Positions 21,769 through 31,021 of a stretch of DNA of 64,000 bases are shown piece by piece. The notes under the pieces were generated by a model. It ran no database searches. It was not told where the DNA came from and saw only the letters and a list, made by a program, of their open reading frames with translations. This stretch comes from an uncultured bacterium. Lineage in GTDB: Bacteria; Schekmanbacteria; GWA2-38-11; J061. The position numbers were made by a program, and so were the translations under genes. The DNA lies in assembly GCA_964549305.1 (NCBI GenBank), contig CAZJVM010000004.1, forward strand, positions 13,205-77,204, written 5' to 3'. How positions within the stretch are numbered: the stretch's first letter is position 1; every line of letters begins with the position of its first letter.

Positions 21769-23697
21769 GTGGAAAATACAGACAGAAAGATAATTTCCAT
21801 TCCTTTTGCATTACTTTCAATCATTATTATCATCACTCCTCTGTTTGCAGGCGGGTCAACATACTTACCCGTAGCGCTTGTGAGAATTCTTACCTTTACG
21901 ACATTTGCGGCAATGCTGTTTCGGAAGTACAAAGAAAAAGAAAAAAAGATTGTAAATATATCTTTTGAAGGAATTCTCCTCTTTGCCCTTATTTCATTGC
22001 CTTTAATATATACATTTTACAATACCGCTTGCTTTTATGATTCTCTTCAATGGAGTATCAGCGTCCTGACTTTTTTCTCTCTTTTCTGTGTCTCGTCCTA
22101 TTGCTTAAAAAACTGGAATAACCGCAACCTGATAATAATAATGTTAATAATAATTTCCTCTGCGGAAGCACTGGCAGGAATCATCCAATTTTTCTTTTTA
22201 AGTATGCTGCGGGCAAAAGGGACCTTTTACAACCCTAACCATTACGGACTTTTTCTCGCTGTATGTTCTGTAATAATAATTTCAAATCTTCTGTTTGCTG
22301 AAAAGAAAAGCGACAGAAATTATTCGAAACTTATCCTTGTTGCCGCTCTTATATTAAACATTTCCGGAATTCTTTTTTCCGCGTCAAAGGGCGTATCTTT
22401 AAGCTTTCTTCTGGTACTTCTCATTATGCTGTTTTACCGCTTCAAGGTAAGAGGATTGATAGTGTTTCTCGTCATTATCACCACCATTGTCATCATTCCC
22501 AATCCGCTTTCCCATAGGGTAGAAATTGCCCTCAACTACGACATCTTCGGGCTGAGCCGCATTAACATATGGCAAAGCGCATTGGAAATGTTCAGGGACA
22601 ATCCCCCGGGAATAGGACCCGCAATGTTTAAGTACTATTTCTACCGATATAATTTTCCAGTAAATGAAGGGATTGCAATCTTTGGAAATCACGCCAAAAC
22701 AGCGCATAACGAATATCTTCAGTTTATGGTTGAATCGGGAATACCCGGTGTCATCCTTGCTGCAGCGCTTTTTTTAATCTTTTCCCTAAGATTGTTTCAA
22801 AGAATTAAGAAGGAAAAGAATGCTTTCCTGAAGAATGATTTCGCGGCATTCTTTTTCGCGGCATTACTTATTATGTTTCATTCTGTAACAGATTCCTCTC
22901 TTCACGACTATACTTCTGCCATTATGTTATCTCTCTTTGGTGGTTTAATATGGCCTGTCGAAGACAAAAAAAACTATATTGCATCTTTTCAGATTTCACG
23001 TTTTTTTGCCCCCATTATGCTCATACCGTCAATAGTTGTAATCGCTCTATGCTCTTTCCTTTTTGCGGGCCAATATTATTCCGATTTGGGAGTGAGGCAA
23101 AACAGACTGGCGGATTATGAATCAGCGGAAAAAAATTTAAAAAGGTCGGTTTCTCTAATCCCCTTTTCTCCCTCGAGCTTTAACGCATTGGCAAATGTAA
23201 AAATTAACAGGTTTATTGAATCGGGAAAGTTTGAAGATCTTCAATCCGCTTTTTTATATGAATCGAATGCAATGGCATTAAACCCGATGAATCCTTATTA
23301 TCCCTTTTACTGCGGGAAAATAATGAAAACGATTTTTTTTGAAACTAAGAATCCCCTTTATCTTGAAAAATCACTATTTTTTTTGGAAAAAGCTCAGAGC
23401 ATTAATCCCTATAATCCTTTTTACAAACTTGAAACAGCATCGGTTTATCTAATTGCGCAGAGAAATGAAAAAGCCGTCAAAACGCTTGAAAACACCTTAA
23501 AAATTGAACCTCTCTTCCTTCCTGCAAGTGAAATGCTTTACAATTTATATGAAGACGAAAGAAAAGCTGATATAATTAACAAGATATCGTGGCAAATGAA
23601 AAAATTGGAAGCAAAAAAGAAACAACTGAAAAATCTCACACCTTATGAAAGACTTTTTTTTAAAATTTCTCCGAAAATAAAAAAGAAGATAAAATAA
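21769..23697 (+). CDS. O-antigen ligase/Wzy_C family membrane protein with C-terminal TPRs (candidate pilin O-oligosaccharyltransferase)
   Basis: Many TM helices; NPNHYG, SASKG, RINIWQSA..MF..GIG, AHNEYLQFMVESGIPG Wzy_C signature; adjacent to pilA. Confidence 0.78.
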   Translation: MENTDRKIISIPFALLSIIIIITPLFAGGSTYLPVALVRILTFTTFAAMLFRKYKEKEKKIVNISFEGILLFALISLPLIYTFYNTACFYDSLQWSISVLTFFSLFCVSSYCLKNWNNRNLIIIMLIIISSAEALAGIIQFFFLSMLRAKGTFYNPNHYGLFLAVCSVIIISNLLFAEKKSDRNYSKLILVAALILNISGILFSASKGVSLSFLLVLLIMLFYRFKVRGLIVFLVIITTIVIIPNPLSHRVEIALNYDIFGLSRINIWQSALEMFRDNPPGIGPAMFKYYFYRYNFPVNEGIAIFGNHAKTAHNEYLQFMVESGIPGVILAAALFLIFSLRLFQRIKKEKNAFLKNDFAAFFFAALLIMFHSVTDSSLHDYTSAIMLSLFGGLIWPVEDKKNYIASFQISRFFAPIMLIPSIVVIALCSFLFAGQYYSDLGVRQNRLADYESAEKNLKRSVSLIPFSPSSFNALANVKINRFIESGKFEDLQSAFLYESNAMALNPMNPYYPFYCGKIMKTIFFETKNPLYLEKSLFFLEKAQSINPYNPFYKLETASVYLIAQRNEKAVKTLENTLKIEPLFLPASEMLYNLYEDERKADIINKISWQMKKLEAKKKQLKNLTPYERLFFKISPKIKKKIK

Positions 23698-24569
23698 TGT
23701 CCCTGCTCAAAAACAAAAGACTGTTAACCGCAATTTTAATTATCATCATTTTTCCTGTAATTTATCTGACTCAATTCAGAATTGACGGTTACAAATCCGA
23801 TTTTCAAAAAATCGAAGACTTTGCTTTCACTCCTCCCGCAAAAATACTGACGGCAGTTTCTTTAAACCAAAAAGCCATTATAGCGGATATTCTTTGGCTT
23901 AAAGTAATTCAATATATAGGGGAAAAACAACAATCCGAAAAAGGTTGGAAATGGTTTTACCATAACATAAATGTAATAACGGACATTGATCCTGATTTCT
24001 CCATTGCCTATCAGTTTTCCGGGCTTATTTTTTCCATCTTCGGCAACCGAATCGATGAAAGCATTTCAATTCTTAAAAAAGGCGTAAAAAATAACCCCGA
24101 TAACTGGTATCTCTATTTTCTGTTAGGATATAACTATTTTTACGAATTAAAGGATTACCAGAAAGCCGCTTTTTATATTGAGCGCGCGTCATTTATCAAG
24201 GGTTCTCCAGCGTTTTTAAAATTTTTCACCACACGCCTTTACAGCAGCGCGGGCAGTCCCGAAAACGGAATAATTTTTACGGAAAGCCTTCTCAATAAAA
24301 CTACAAATGAAGATATGAGGGAAAAACTTCTTAACCGGTTGAAGATACTCTATATTGAAAGAGACCTCAATGTTCTCAATTATAAAATATCGGAATATGA
24401 AAAAAAATATGGCACACCCCCGTCTTCATTGGGCGACATCGTGAAAAGAGGACTTCTAAACGCTATTCCCGAAGACCCTTTCGGAAAAAAATACTTCCTT
24501 GACAGAGAAACCGGAAAGACAAAATCCTTATCGGTTAAAGAAACGTTGAAAGTTTTTCGCAGGCACTAA
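23697..24569 (+). CDS. Pilin-locus TPR-like protein (Myxococcus PilG / Geobacter XapA-like)
   Basis: N-terminal TM; ADILWLKVIQYIG, ITDIDPDF..AY, P.NWYLYFLLGYNYFY, C-terminal DPFG; position after pilA. Family assigned from recalled motifs only. Confidence 0.55.
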   Translation: MSLLKNKRLLTAILIIIIFPVIYLTQFRIDGYKSDFQKIEDFAFTPPAKILTAVSLNQKAIIADILWLKVIQYIGEKQQSEKGWKWFYHNINVITDIDPDFSIAYQFSGLIFSIFGNRIDESISILKKGVKNNPDNWYLYFLLGYNYFYELKDYQKAAFYIERASFIKGSPAFLKFFTTRLYSSAGSPENGIIFTESLLNKTTNEDMREKLLNRLKILYIERDLNVLNYKISEYEKKYGTPPSSLGDIVKRGLLNAIPEDPFGKKYFLDRETGKTKSLSVKETLKVFRRH

Positions 24570-24577
24570 AAGCAGAA

Positions 24578-26056
24578 TCAGGATTTTTTCACGAAGAGCT
24601 TTTTGGGGAGAATTGCTTTTACAAATATAAAGAACATCTCTCTGAACATTATTTCCCCCCACGTTGAATAAACAAAGGGTCCCGTAAAGACATAAATCAG
24701 TTTGCTAATCGCAACCGCCTTCTTCCTGATGAGATAATCAAAAAAAGGCCTTAAAAAAGGAATTTTGTTGTAGGCAGGTGTAAGATTTCTCATCGTTTCC
24801 GCAAAAGGTTTATCGTCAATGTTTATAAGTGATGAACCGTGTGTTGTCCCAAGTCCTTCATTTACTCTTTCCATTGTTTCATTGTCGATATAACCGTTTT
24901 TCAAGCCGTATTCACACGCTTCAGTTTCGGGATAGGGAAAAAATATCGACGCGTTCACTCCATCGCATTTTATCTTTTTCAAAAAATCGAGAGTATCGGA
25001 CATTTGTTCGCGATTTTCCCCAACCATTCCGTATATTACATTTACAAAAAGCTTTATTCCGCTTTCCCTGACCATCTTTACAGTTTCGAGAATCTTCTCC
25101 CTGTTAACATTTTTCTTCATTATTTTGTTCCGCACAAAATCATTTCCCGAATCGAGCCCGTAAATCACACATTCACACGATGCATCCTTCATAGTTTTAA
25201 GCACTTTCGGGTTAACCGTCGATGGATGGACCTGACACAGAAAAGGAGCATTTATTTTACGGGCATATTCATCGCAAAAAACCGTAACCCAATCGTGGTT
25301 GAGAGTGAAAATATCATCAGCGAAAAACACCTTTTTGATACGGTAACGCTCATTAAAATAAATCAGTTCATCCATTACATTTTTAATGCTTCTTCTTCGC
25401 AGATGTTTCTCGCTTATACCGTATATTCTTTCCATCTGATTGTTAAAACAGAAGGTACACCTGTAAGGGCATCCTCTGCCCGAAAGCACCGTAAGTATAC
25501 CGGCAAAGGTATAGGGATAAAAAAGGTCTCTGTCGGGAAAAGGAATCGAATCTAAGTCTGTAATCAGCGGTCTGAGAGGGTTTTTTACTATTTCTCCGTC
25601 TTTTTTCATCCACAGATTTGGCACATTGGAATAATCCTCTCCCTTCTCAATTTTATCGATAACTTCAATAAACCCCTCTTCGCCCTCGCCAATATATATC
25701 ATATCTATATCGGGGTTTTTCAAAACATGCTCGGGAACGCTCGTTGGATGAATCCCGCCCATAATAACGGGTATGTCAAAGTTTTTCTTAACAAGTGATG
25801 CCATCTTCTTCGCGTAAGGGTACATAGGGGTAACGCACGACAACGCGACAACATCGGGATTGATAATGCGGATTTGATTGATGAGTTTCTCGTTATTTTT
25901 TTCCCCTTTCAGGGATTCGAGGTTGTAAAACCCCATATAACTGTCGAAACCGGAGTTGAAAATGAGCTCAACCTCATGCCCCTTTTTTTTGAGGGTGCTC
26001 GAGAGGTATTGAATACCCAAACTTTCCTGTTCTTTGTAGAAAAATAATATCTTCAT
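24578..26056 (-). CDS. B12-binding radical SAM protein
   Basis: N-terminal cobalamin-binding region (SLGIQYLSS, MGGIHPT, GEGE); SGRGCPYRCTFC; start at MKILFFY. Confidence 0.9.
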   Translation of the reverse strand: MKILFFYKEQESLGIQYLSSTLKKKGHEVELIFNSGFDSYMGFYNLESLKGEKNNEKLINQIRIINPDVVALSCVTPMYPYAKKMASLVKKNFDIPVIMGGIHPTSVPEHVLKNPDIDMIYIGEGEEGFIEVIDKIEKGEDYSNVPNLWMKKDGEIVKNPLRPLITDLDSIPFPDRDLFYPYTFAGILTVLSGRGCPYRCTFCFNNQMERIYGISEKHLRRRSIKNVMDELIYFNERYRIKKVFFADDIFTLNHDWVTVFCDEYARKINAPFLCQVHPSTVNPKVLKTMKDASCECVIYGLDSGNDFVRNKIMKKNVNREKILETVKMVRESGIKLFVNVIYGMVGENREQMSDTLDFLKKIKCDGVNASIFFPYPETEACEYGLKNGYIDNETMERVNEGLGTTHGSSLINIDDKPFAETMRNLTPAYNKIPFLRPFFDYLIRKKAVAISKLIYVFTGPFVYSTWGEIMFREMFFIFVKAILPKKLFVKKS

Positions 26057-26349
26057 AAATAAAAAAGTTTTTTGCAGATAAATCTCTACAACATTCGGCA
26101 AAACTTTACAAAAAAAAGATATTTAATAAAAACATTTCAAATTACCATGCCTGCAATAACTAATGTGAAATTATGAATTTTAACAATGCGTTATATTGAA
26201 TCACCTAATTATTTAACATTTTTTTTCTGCCTTCTCCCGCCTAAACTTTTGTTTGACAAAAGTTTAAAATTCGGACAAAAGGTTATCTGTGTTCGAAAAA
26301 GAATTTTCCTGCCTTGACGCAGAATACATAAATCTTTAAACAGTTTGAA

Positions 26350-26961
26350 ATGGAAAAGAAATTAAGTTATCCCGAAATCGAGTTTGAAGAAAGATTAAAG
26401 AGACTCAAACAAAAACAAAGGACAAAACTTCCTCATCAGATTGAACTCGAGACCACATCCAGGGTAAACCGAAGCGCACGCAAAAGCATTGGTGATTTGC
26501 CTATTTCCCTTGATTCTCTTACAAAAAGAAAAGACGAGGCAACCGACAAAAAAATCCCCGCGGACCTCTTTAACTTGCAGATTATTTATGATGAAGCGAC
26601 TGACAGTATCAAAATCGAAGGTCCTTCCGGTTCTCCCCTCATAGACGATAACACCTGCCTCATAGAGTTGACAAAAAATCTCGTCAGTTTTTCACAGTCG
26701 GAATCCTGCGGCGAATGCACTTTTTGCAGAATCGGCACAAAAAGAATGACGGAAATTCTCGAACGCATATGCTCGGGACAGGGCAACCCCGAAGACATTG
26801 AAACGCTGAAGGACCTTGCGGAAAAGATAAGGACCACAAGTCTTTGCGAAGTAGGGAAAAACGCCTCAAATCCCGTAATAACAACAATCGAGCATTGCGG
26901 CGAAGACTATGATGAGCATATCAGGTCGCATAAGTGCAAAGCGGGAAAGTGTAATTTATAA
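26350..26961 (+). CDS. Stand-alone NuoF/HydB C-terminal 4Fe-4S domain protein
   Basis: ESCGECTFCRIGT...SLCEVG..NPV..T...Y.EHI....CKAGKC; no FMN/NADH-binding domain. Confidence 0.8.
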   Translation: MEKKLSYPEIEFEERLKRLKQKQRTKLPHQIELETTSRVNRSARKSIGDLPISLDSLTKRKDEATDKKIPADLFNLQIIYDEATDSIKIEGPSGSPLIDDNTCLIELTKNLVSFSQSESCGECTFCRIGTKRMTEILERICSGQGNPEDIETLKDLAEKIRTTSLCEVGKNASNPVITTIEHCGEDYDEHIRSHKCKAGKCNL

Positions 26962-26965
26962 AAAT

Positions 26966-29065
26966 ATGAAGAAGATTAAAATCACCATAGACGGAAAACG
27001 AATCGATGCCTCCGAGGGTCAGACTATCCTTTCGGCGGCAAAATCAAAGGATATTTTCATCCCCACATTCTGTCACCTTGACGACCTTAAACCCGAATCG
27101 TTCTGTTTTATATGCGTAGTGGATATCGAAGGTGAAGAAGACCTTCTTCCCGCCTGCTCGACTGAAGTCGAAGAAGGCATGGTAATAAGCACGACGAGTG
27201 AGAGAGTCCTCGAAGCGAGGCGCACCTGTGTGGAATTGCTTCTCTCCGACCATATGGGCGACTGCCTTGGACCCTGCATGATTGCATGCCCGGCGGGAAT
27301 TGACATTCCCGGCTTTATAAAATATCTCGCCATAGGCGAAACAAGAAAAGCGCTCGAACTAATTAAAAGGAATATGCCCTTCCCTTCCATTTTGGGAAGA
27401 GTCTGCAATAAACCCTGTGAAGATGCCTGCAGAAGACAGCTTGTGGAAGAAGAGCTCTCCATATGCCATCTGAAGCGGTTTGCCGCAGATACAATATCGG
27501 AATCGGATGAAGAATATATTCCCAGGCGTGCTCCCTCTACGGGGAAAAAGGTCGCCATTGCAGGAGCAGGCCCAACGGGACTTTCAACGGCTTATTACCT
27601 TCAGATTCTCGGACACGAATGCACTCTCTTTGAAGCCAACAAAAAACCGGGCGGAATGTTTCAATATGGAATACCCGCATATCGCCTGCCACGAAATGTT
27701 CTTGACAGGGAAATTGCAGTAATAAAAAAACTCGGCGCAAAGATTAAGTGCAATGTTTCTATTGGGGACGATATTCCCGCTGACTCCCTGCGGGACGAAT
27801 ATGATGCGGTCCTCATAGCAACGGGCGCACAGCTTCCCATTAAATTGTCAGTGGAAGGCGAAGACGCAAAGGGGGTAATCGCAGGCATTGATTTTCTTAA
27901 AGATGAAAGCTCCGGTAACGGAAAAGCCAAATTCGATAACAAAAAAGTGATAGTCGTCGGAGGAGGAGACGTTGCAATGGATGCTGCAAGAGTCGCCGTA
28001 AGAAAGGGAGCAAAGTCAGTTGATTTATACTGCCTTGAAAAAAGAGATGAAATGCCGGCAAGCGAAAAGGAAATAAAAGAGGCAGAGGAAGAAGGAATTG
28101 TTTTTCACGACAGATTAGGGATAAAATCCATCAGTTCCGAAAAAGGAAAAGTTGAAGGAATCGTATTTAAGAAATGTACATCGGTTTTTGATGACAGAGG
28201 AGCTTTCAATCCATCATATGATGAAAAGGACACCTCTACCGCACAATGCGACATTCTCATTACGGCAATAGGACAGAAACCCGATGAAATTACCGGCAGT
28301 GACATAGATAAAACCCGAAGAGGAACCATAATAATAAAGGGACACACCCACGAAACCTCCGTGGGTGGAGTTTTCGCGGGTGGAGACTGCGTAACCGGCC
28401 CGGGACTTGCCGTTGATGCCGTTGCCGCGGGAAGGCATTGCGCTGTAGCTATTGACCAGCTTTTAATGGGGGTCAACCTCATCGGCGAAGAACCCCCATA
28501 CAGCGGTTCATACGGAGAACTTGACGAAGTGCCTCCCGAAACCGTTGAAGGCGAAGAAAGAGAACCCCGCGTACCTATTTCTTCTGCAGATGCAAAATCA
28601 AGAGTAAAATCATTTGATGAAATAGAGGAAAATTACACTCCCGAAATGGCTCAGAAAGAGGCGCTCAGATGCCTTGAGTGCGGTTGCAGGGAATCGAGAG
28701 AATGCAAACTCAGAAGCTACGCCATCGAGTTTGACGCCGACGAAGAAAAGTTCAAAGGCGAAACCAAGGAATATGAACTTGATGAATCTCACCCTGATTT
28801 AATTTATGAATCCCATAAATGTATTCAATGCAGAACCTGTGTAAGAACTACCGAAAAAATACTGGGAGAGTCGGCGATGAGAATCGTAGGGCGCGGATTT
28901 ACGGCAAGAGTAAAGCCCGCTGAAGGAGGAAAGCTTGAACTTCTTAAAGGGAAAGAGCTTCACATAATAGCGGACAACTGCCCCGTGGGCGCGCTAAGGT
29001 TGAGAAACAAACCGGTTCAGTCCCTTGACCCGGAATTTAAAAGGAACGACGAGGAACGATGCTGA
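26966..29065 (+). CDS. NuoG-type 2Fe-2S / GltD-like FAD-NAD(P)H oxidoreductase / ferredoxin fusion
   Basis: IPTFCH...CFICVV...PACST; PCMIACPAG, GRVCNKPCEDAC; GAGPTG; GGGDVAMD; FAGGD; RCLECGC; KCIQCRTC; CPVGAL. Start at MKKIKITIDG. Confidence 0.85.
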   Translation: MKKIKITIDGKRIDASEGQTILSAAKSKDIFIPTFCHLDDLKPESFCFICVVDIEGEEDLLPACSTEVEEGMVISTTSERVLEARRTCVELLLSDHMGDCLGPCMIACPAGIDIPGFIKYLAIGETRKALELIKRNMPFPSILGRVCNKPCEDACRRQLVEEELSICHLKRFAADTISESDEEYIPRRAPSTGKKVAIAGAGPTGLSTAYYLQILGHECTLFEANKKPGGMFQYGIPAYRLPRNVLDREIAVIKKLGAKIKCNVSIGDDIPADSLRDEYDAVLIATGAQLPIKLSVEGEDAKGVIAGIDFLKDESSGNGKAKFDNKKVIVVGGGDVAMDAARVAVRKGAKSVDLYCLEKRDEMPASEKEIKEAEEEGIVFHDRLGIKSISSEKGKVEGIVFKKCTSVFDDRGAFNPSYDEKDTSTAQCDILITAIGQKPDEITGSDIDKTRRGTIIIKGHTHETSVGGVFAGGDCVTGPGLAVDAVAAGRHCAVAIDQLLMGVNLIGEEPPYSGSYGELDEVPPETVEGEEREPRVPISSADAKSRVKSFDEIEENYTPEMAQKEALRCLECGCRESRECKLRSYAIEFDADEEKFKGETKEYELDESHPDLIYESHKCIQCRTCVRTTEKILGESAMRIVGRGFTARVKPAEGGKLELLKGKELHIIADNCPVGALRLRNKPVQSLDPEFKRNDEERC

Positions 29066-29571
29066 AGGATTTTAACAAAAAATTCGAAGACTATCTTAAT
29101 GCCGACGGTGAACTTCAGCGAAGGCTAAAAGGATTCAAGACCTTCTCCGGTATGCCTGACGGACATTACCGGAGGGCGCGGGAAGAAGGCGAAAAAGCCA
29201 TTGCGCGCGCCGTAAGATGCTATCCCTACGGCGGGAAAAGTCTTATAGGAAATAACAATGATATTATCGGTATCGATATAAATGACAGCGATGAAAATAT
29301 GTTGATTTCACTTGTTAACGGGAAGTTCAGCGTAAAAAAAAGCAATTGGCAAAAAACCTTTCTCTCAATCAGTCTTCCGCTTGAAAAATTTAAAAAAGCT
29401 ATTCTTGGCAGATACCGTTGGATATGGCTTTTAGGGCTTGATGACGTAGAGGTTTCCTACTGCGAAGAACTTCCGCATTCCGATTGGATTACCATTCTTG
29501 AAATCCTCGTAGCAATGCAGGAATTACCCGAATTCGACAACACGCTAATCGAAAAAGTAGAAGGTTTTTAG
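29059..29571 (+). CDS. Hypothetical protein, possibly SCP2-like fold
   Basis: Overlaps the upstream stop, operonic. Central pattern ISLVNGKFSVKK...LSISLPLEKFKKAILG resembles SCP2 (weak). Confidence 0.55.
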   Translation: MLKDFNKKFEDYLNADGELQRRLKGFKTFSGMPDGHYRRAREEGEKAIARAVRCYPYGGKSLIGNNNDIIGIDINDSDENMLISLVNGKFSVKKSNWQKTFLSISLPLEKFKKAILGRYRWIWLLGLDDVEVSYCEELPHSDWITILEILVAMQELPEFDNTLIEKVEGF

Positions 29572-29589
29572 GACAAAGGGAGAACAAAT

Positions 29590-31011
29590 TTGGACATAGT
29601 AATCGGACAACTTAACTCGATACTCGGCAAGGATAACGTAATCACCGATCCGAATGAGCTTTCCGCATATTCAGACGGAAATCTCACTTTTATTCCTCCC
29701 CGTTCTCCGATTTTTGCCGTAAGACCCTCGAATTCCGAAGAAATAAGAGAAATACTCAAGGTCGCCGCTTTAAACAAGATACCCGTAACTCCTTCGAGCT
29801 CCGCAGGGTCGGGACACGGAGGTTCCATTCCTGCGGTACCCGGCATTACAATTGACCTCAGACGTATGAAGAATATCGAACTTATCGACACATCGAGCAG
29901 AAACGCGATTATAGAACCGGGAGTCACCTTTTCCGAACTTCAGGAGAAAGCGCATGAACAGGGACTGAGAGTATTGACACCCGTTGAAATAACCGCCGGT
30001 TCATCGGTCCTTTCCACATATCTTGATATGGTGCCGCTTTTTTCATGGCCAAGATACGGAACGGAATCAATTCTCACAATGGAAACGCTCATTCCAAACG
30101 GCGAACTGATAAAAACAGGTATAGCGGCAATTCCCGTAATAGACAAACCCTATTTCCCCTTTGGCACAAACCCCTCTTACATCAACAAAATATGGTTCGG
30201 CGCTCAGGGGACTCTGGGCATTGCGACCAAAGCAGTGATAAAACTTAAAACACTTCACAAAACGGTTAAAACTCTCTTCATTCCCGTCAATAGTTTCGAA
30301 GAGTCCTTCCCCGTCTTGAAGGAGTTAAAGAGATTCGGTTATGCTGTTGAATTTTTCCTTGCAAACCCCACATATCTTGCCGGAATGATTGCAGATGACG
30401 AACAGGAACTTTCCGAAATAGCCAAAACTCTGCCTCCTGTAACTGCCGTCATAGTACTTCGCGGTGAAGAGGAAGAGGTTGAATATCAGAGAGAGGACAT
30501 CGCCGAGCTTTGCGCAAAATTCAAACTTGATTGTCTTGAAGAGCTTTCGGGAGTGGAAAATGCCGCTTCTAAAATACTCGATGAAATCGAAAATCCTGGC
30601 GGATATGAAAAGAGAAAAAGCTTCAAGGGAGGTTACTGCGTCATTCCTTTTATCTGTATGCTTCCGCAAATTCCAATGTTCAGACGTGTTTTGGGACAAA
30701 TGACTCAGGCATTCAAGTATAATTCCGCCGATATCGGAGAACTTTTCATACCTGTTGAACCTGCTCGCGGGCATTTTCAGTACAGTTTCCGCTATAATCC
30801 CGAAAATCCTCAGGAGATGATGATAACAAAAAAACTTTTTGAGGTACTGAGCGGAGCGCTCATAAAAATGGGCGGATTTTTTTCGAGACCCTACGGAAAC
30901 TGGGCGGAATTGGTCTATGGGAAAGCAGGTGCCTATAAAACAATGTTAAGAAATATCAAGGAAACAATTGACCCTGAAAATATAATGAATCCCGGAAGGT
31001 TAAATTTGTAG
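29590..31011 (+). CDS. FAD-binding oxidoreductase (VAO/PCMH, GlcD-like)
   Basis: VRPSNSEEI, GGSIP...IDLRRMKNI, IEPGVTF, GAQGTLGIATK, IDPENIMNPGRL; TTG start. Confidence 0.88.
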   Translation: MDIVIGQLNSILGKDNVITDPNELSAYSDGNLTFIPPRSPIFAVRPSNSEEIREILKVAALNKIPVTPSSSAGSGHGGSIPAVPGITIDLRRMKNIELIDTSSRNAIIEPGVTFSELQEKAHEQGLRVLTPVEITAGSSVLSTYLDMVPLFSWPRYGTESILTMETLIPNGELIKTGIAAIPVIDKPYFPFGTNPSYINKIWFGAQGTLGIATKAVIKLKTLHKTVKTLFIPVNSFEESFPVLKELKRFGYAVEFFLANPTYLAGMIADDEQELSEIAKTLPPVTAVIVLRGEEEEVEYQREDIAELCAKFKLDCLEELSGVENAASKILDEIENPGGYEKRKSFKGGYCVIPFICMLPQIPMFRRVLGQMTQAFKYNSADIGELFIPVEPARGHFQYSFRYNPENPQEMMITKKLFEVLSGALIKMGGFFSRPYGNWAELVYGKAGAYKTMLRNIKETIDPENIMNPGRLNL

Positions 31012-31021
31012 GAAACAGAAT

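Noticed and set aside
26160-26190. Rex operator upstream of the redox operon (tgtgaaattatgaattttaacaa)
   Set aside because: Half-site spacing does not fit TTGTGAA-N4-TTCACAA.
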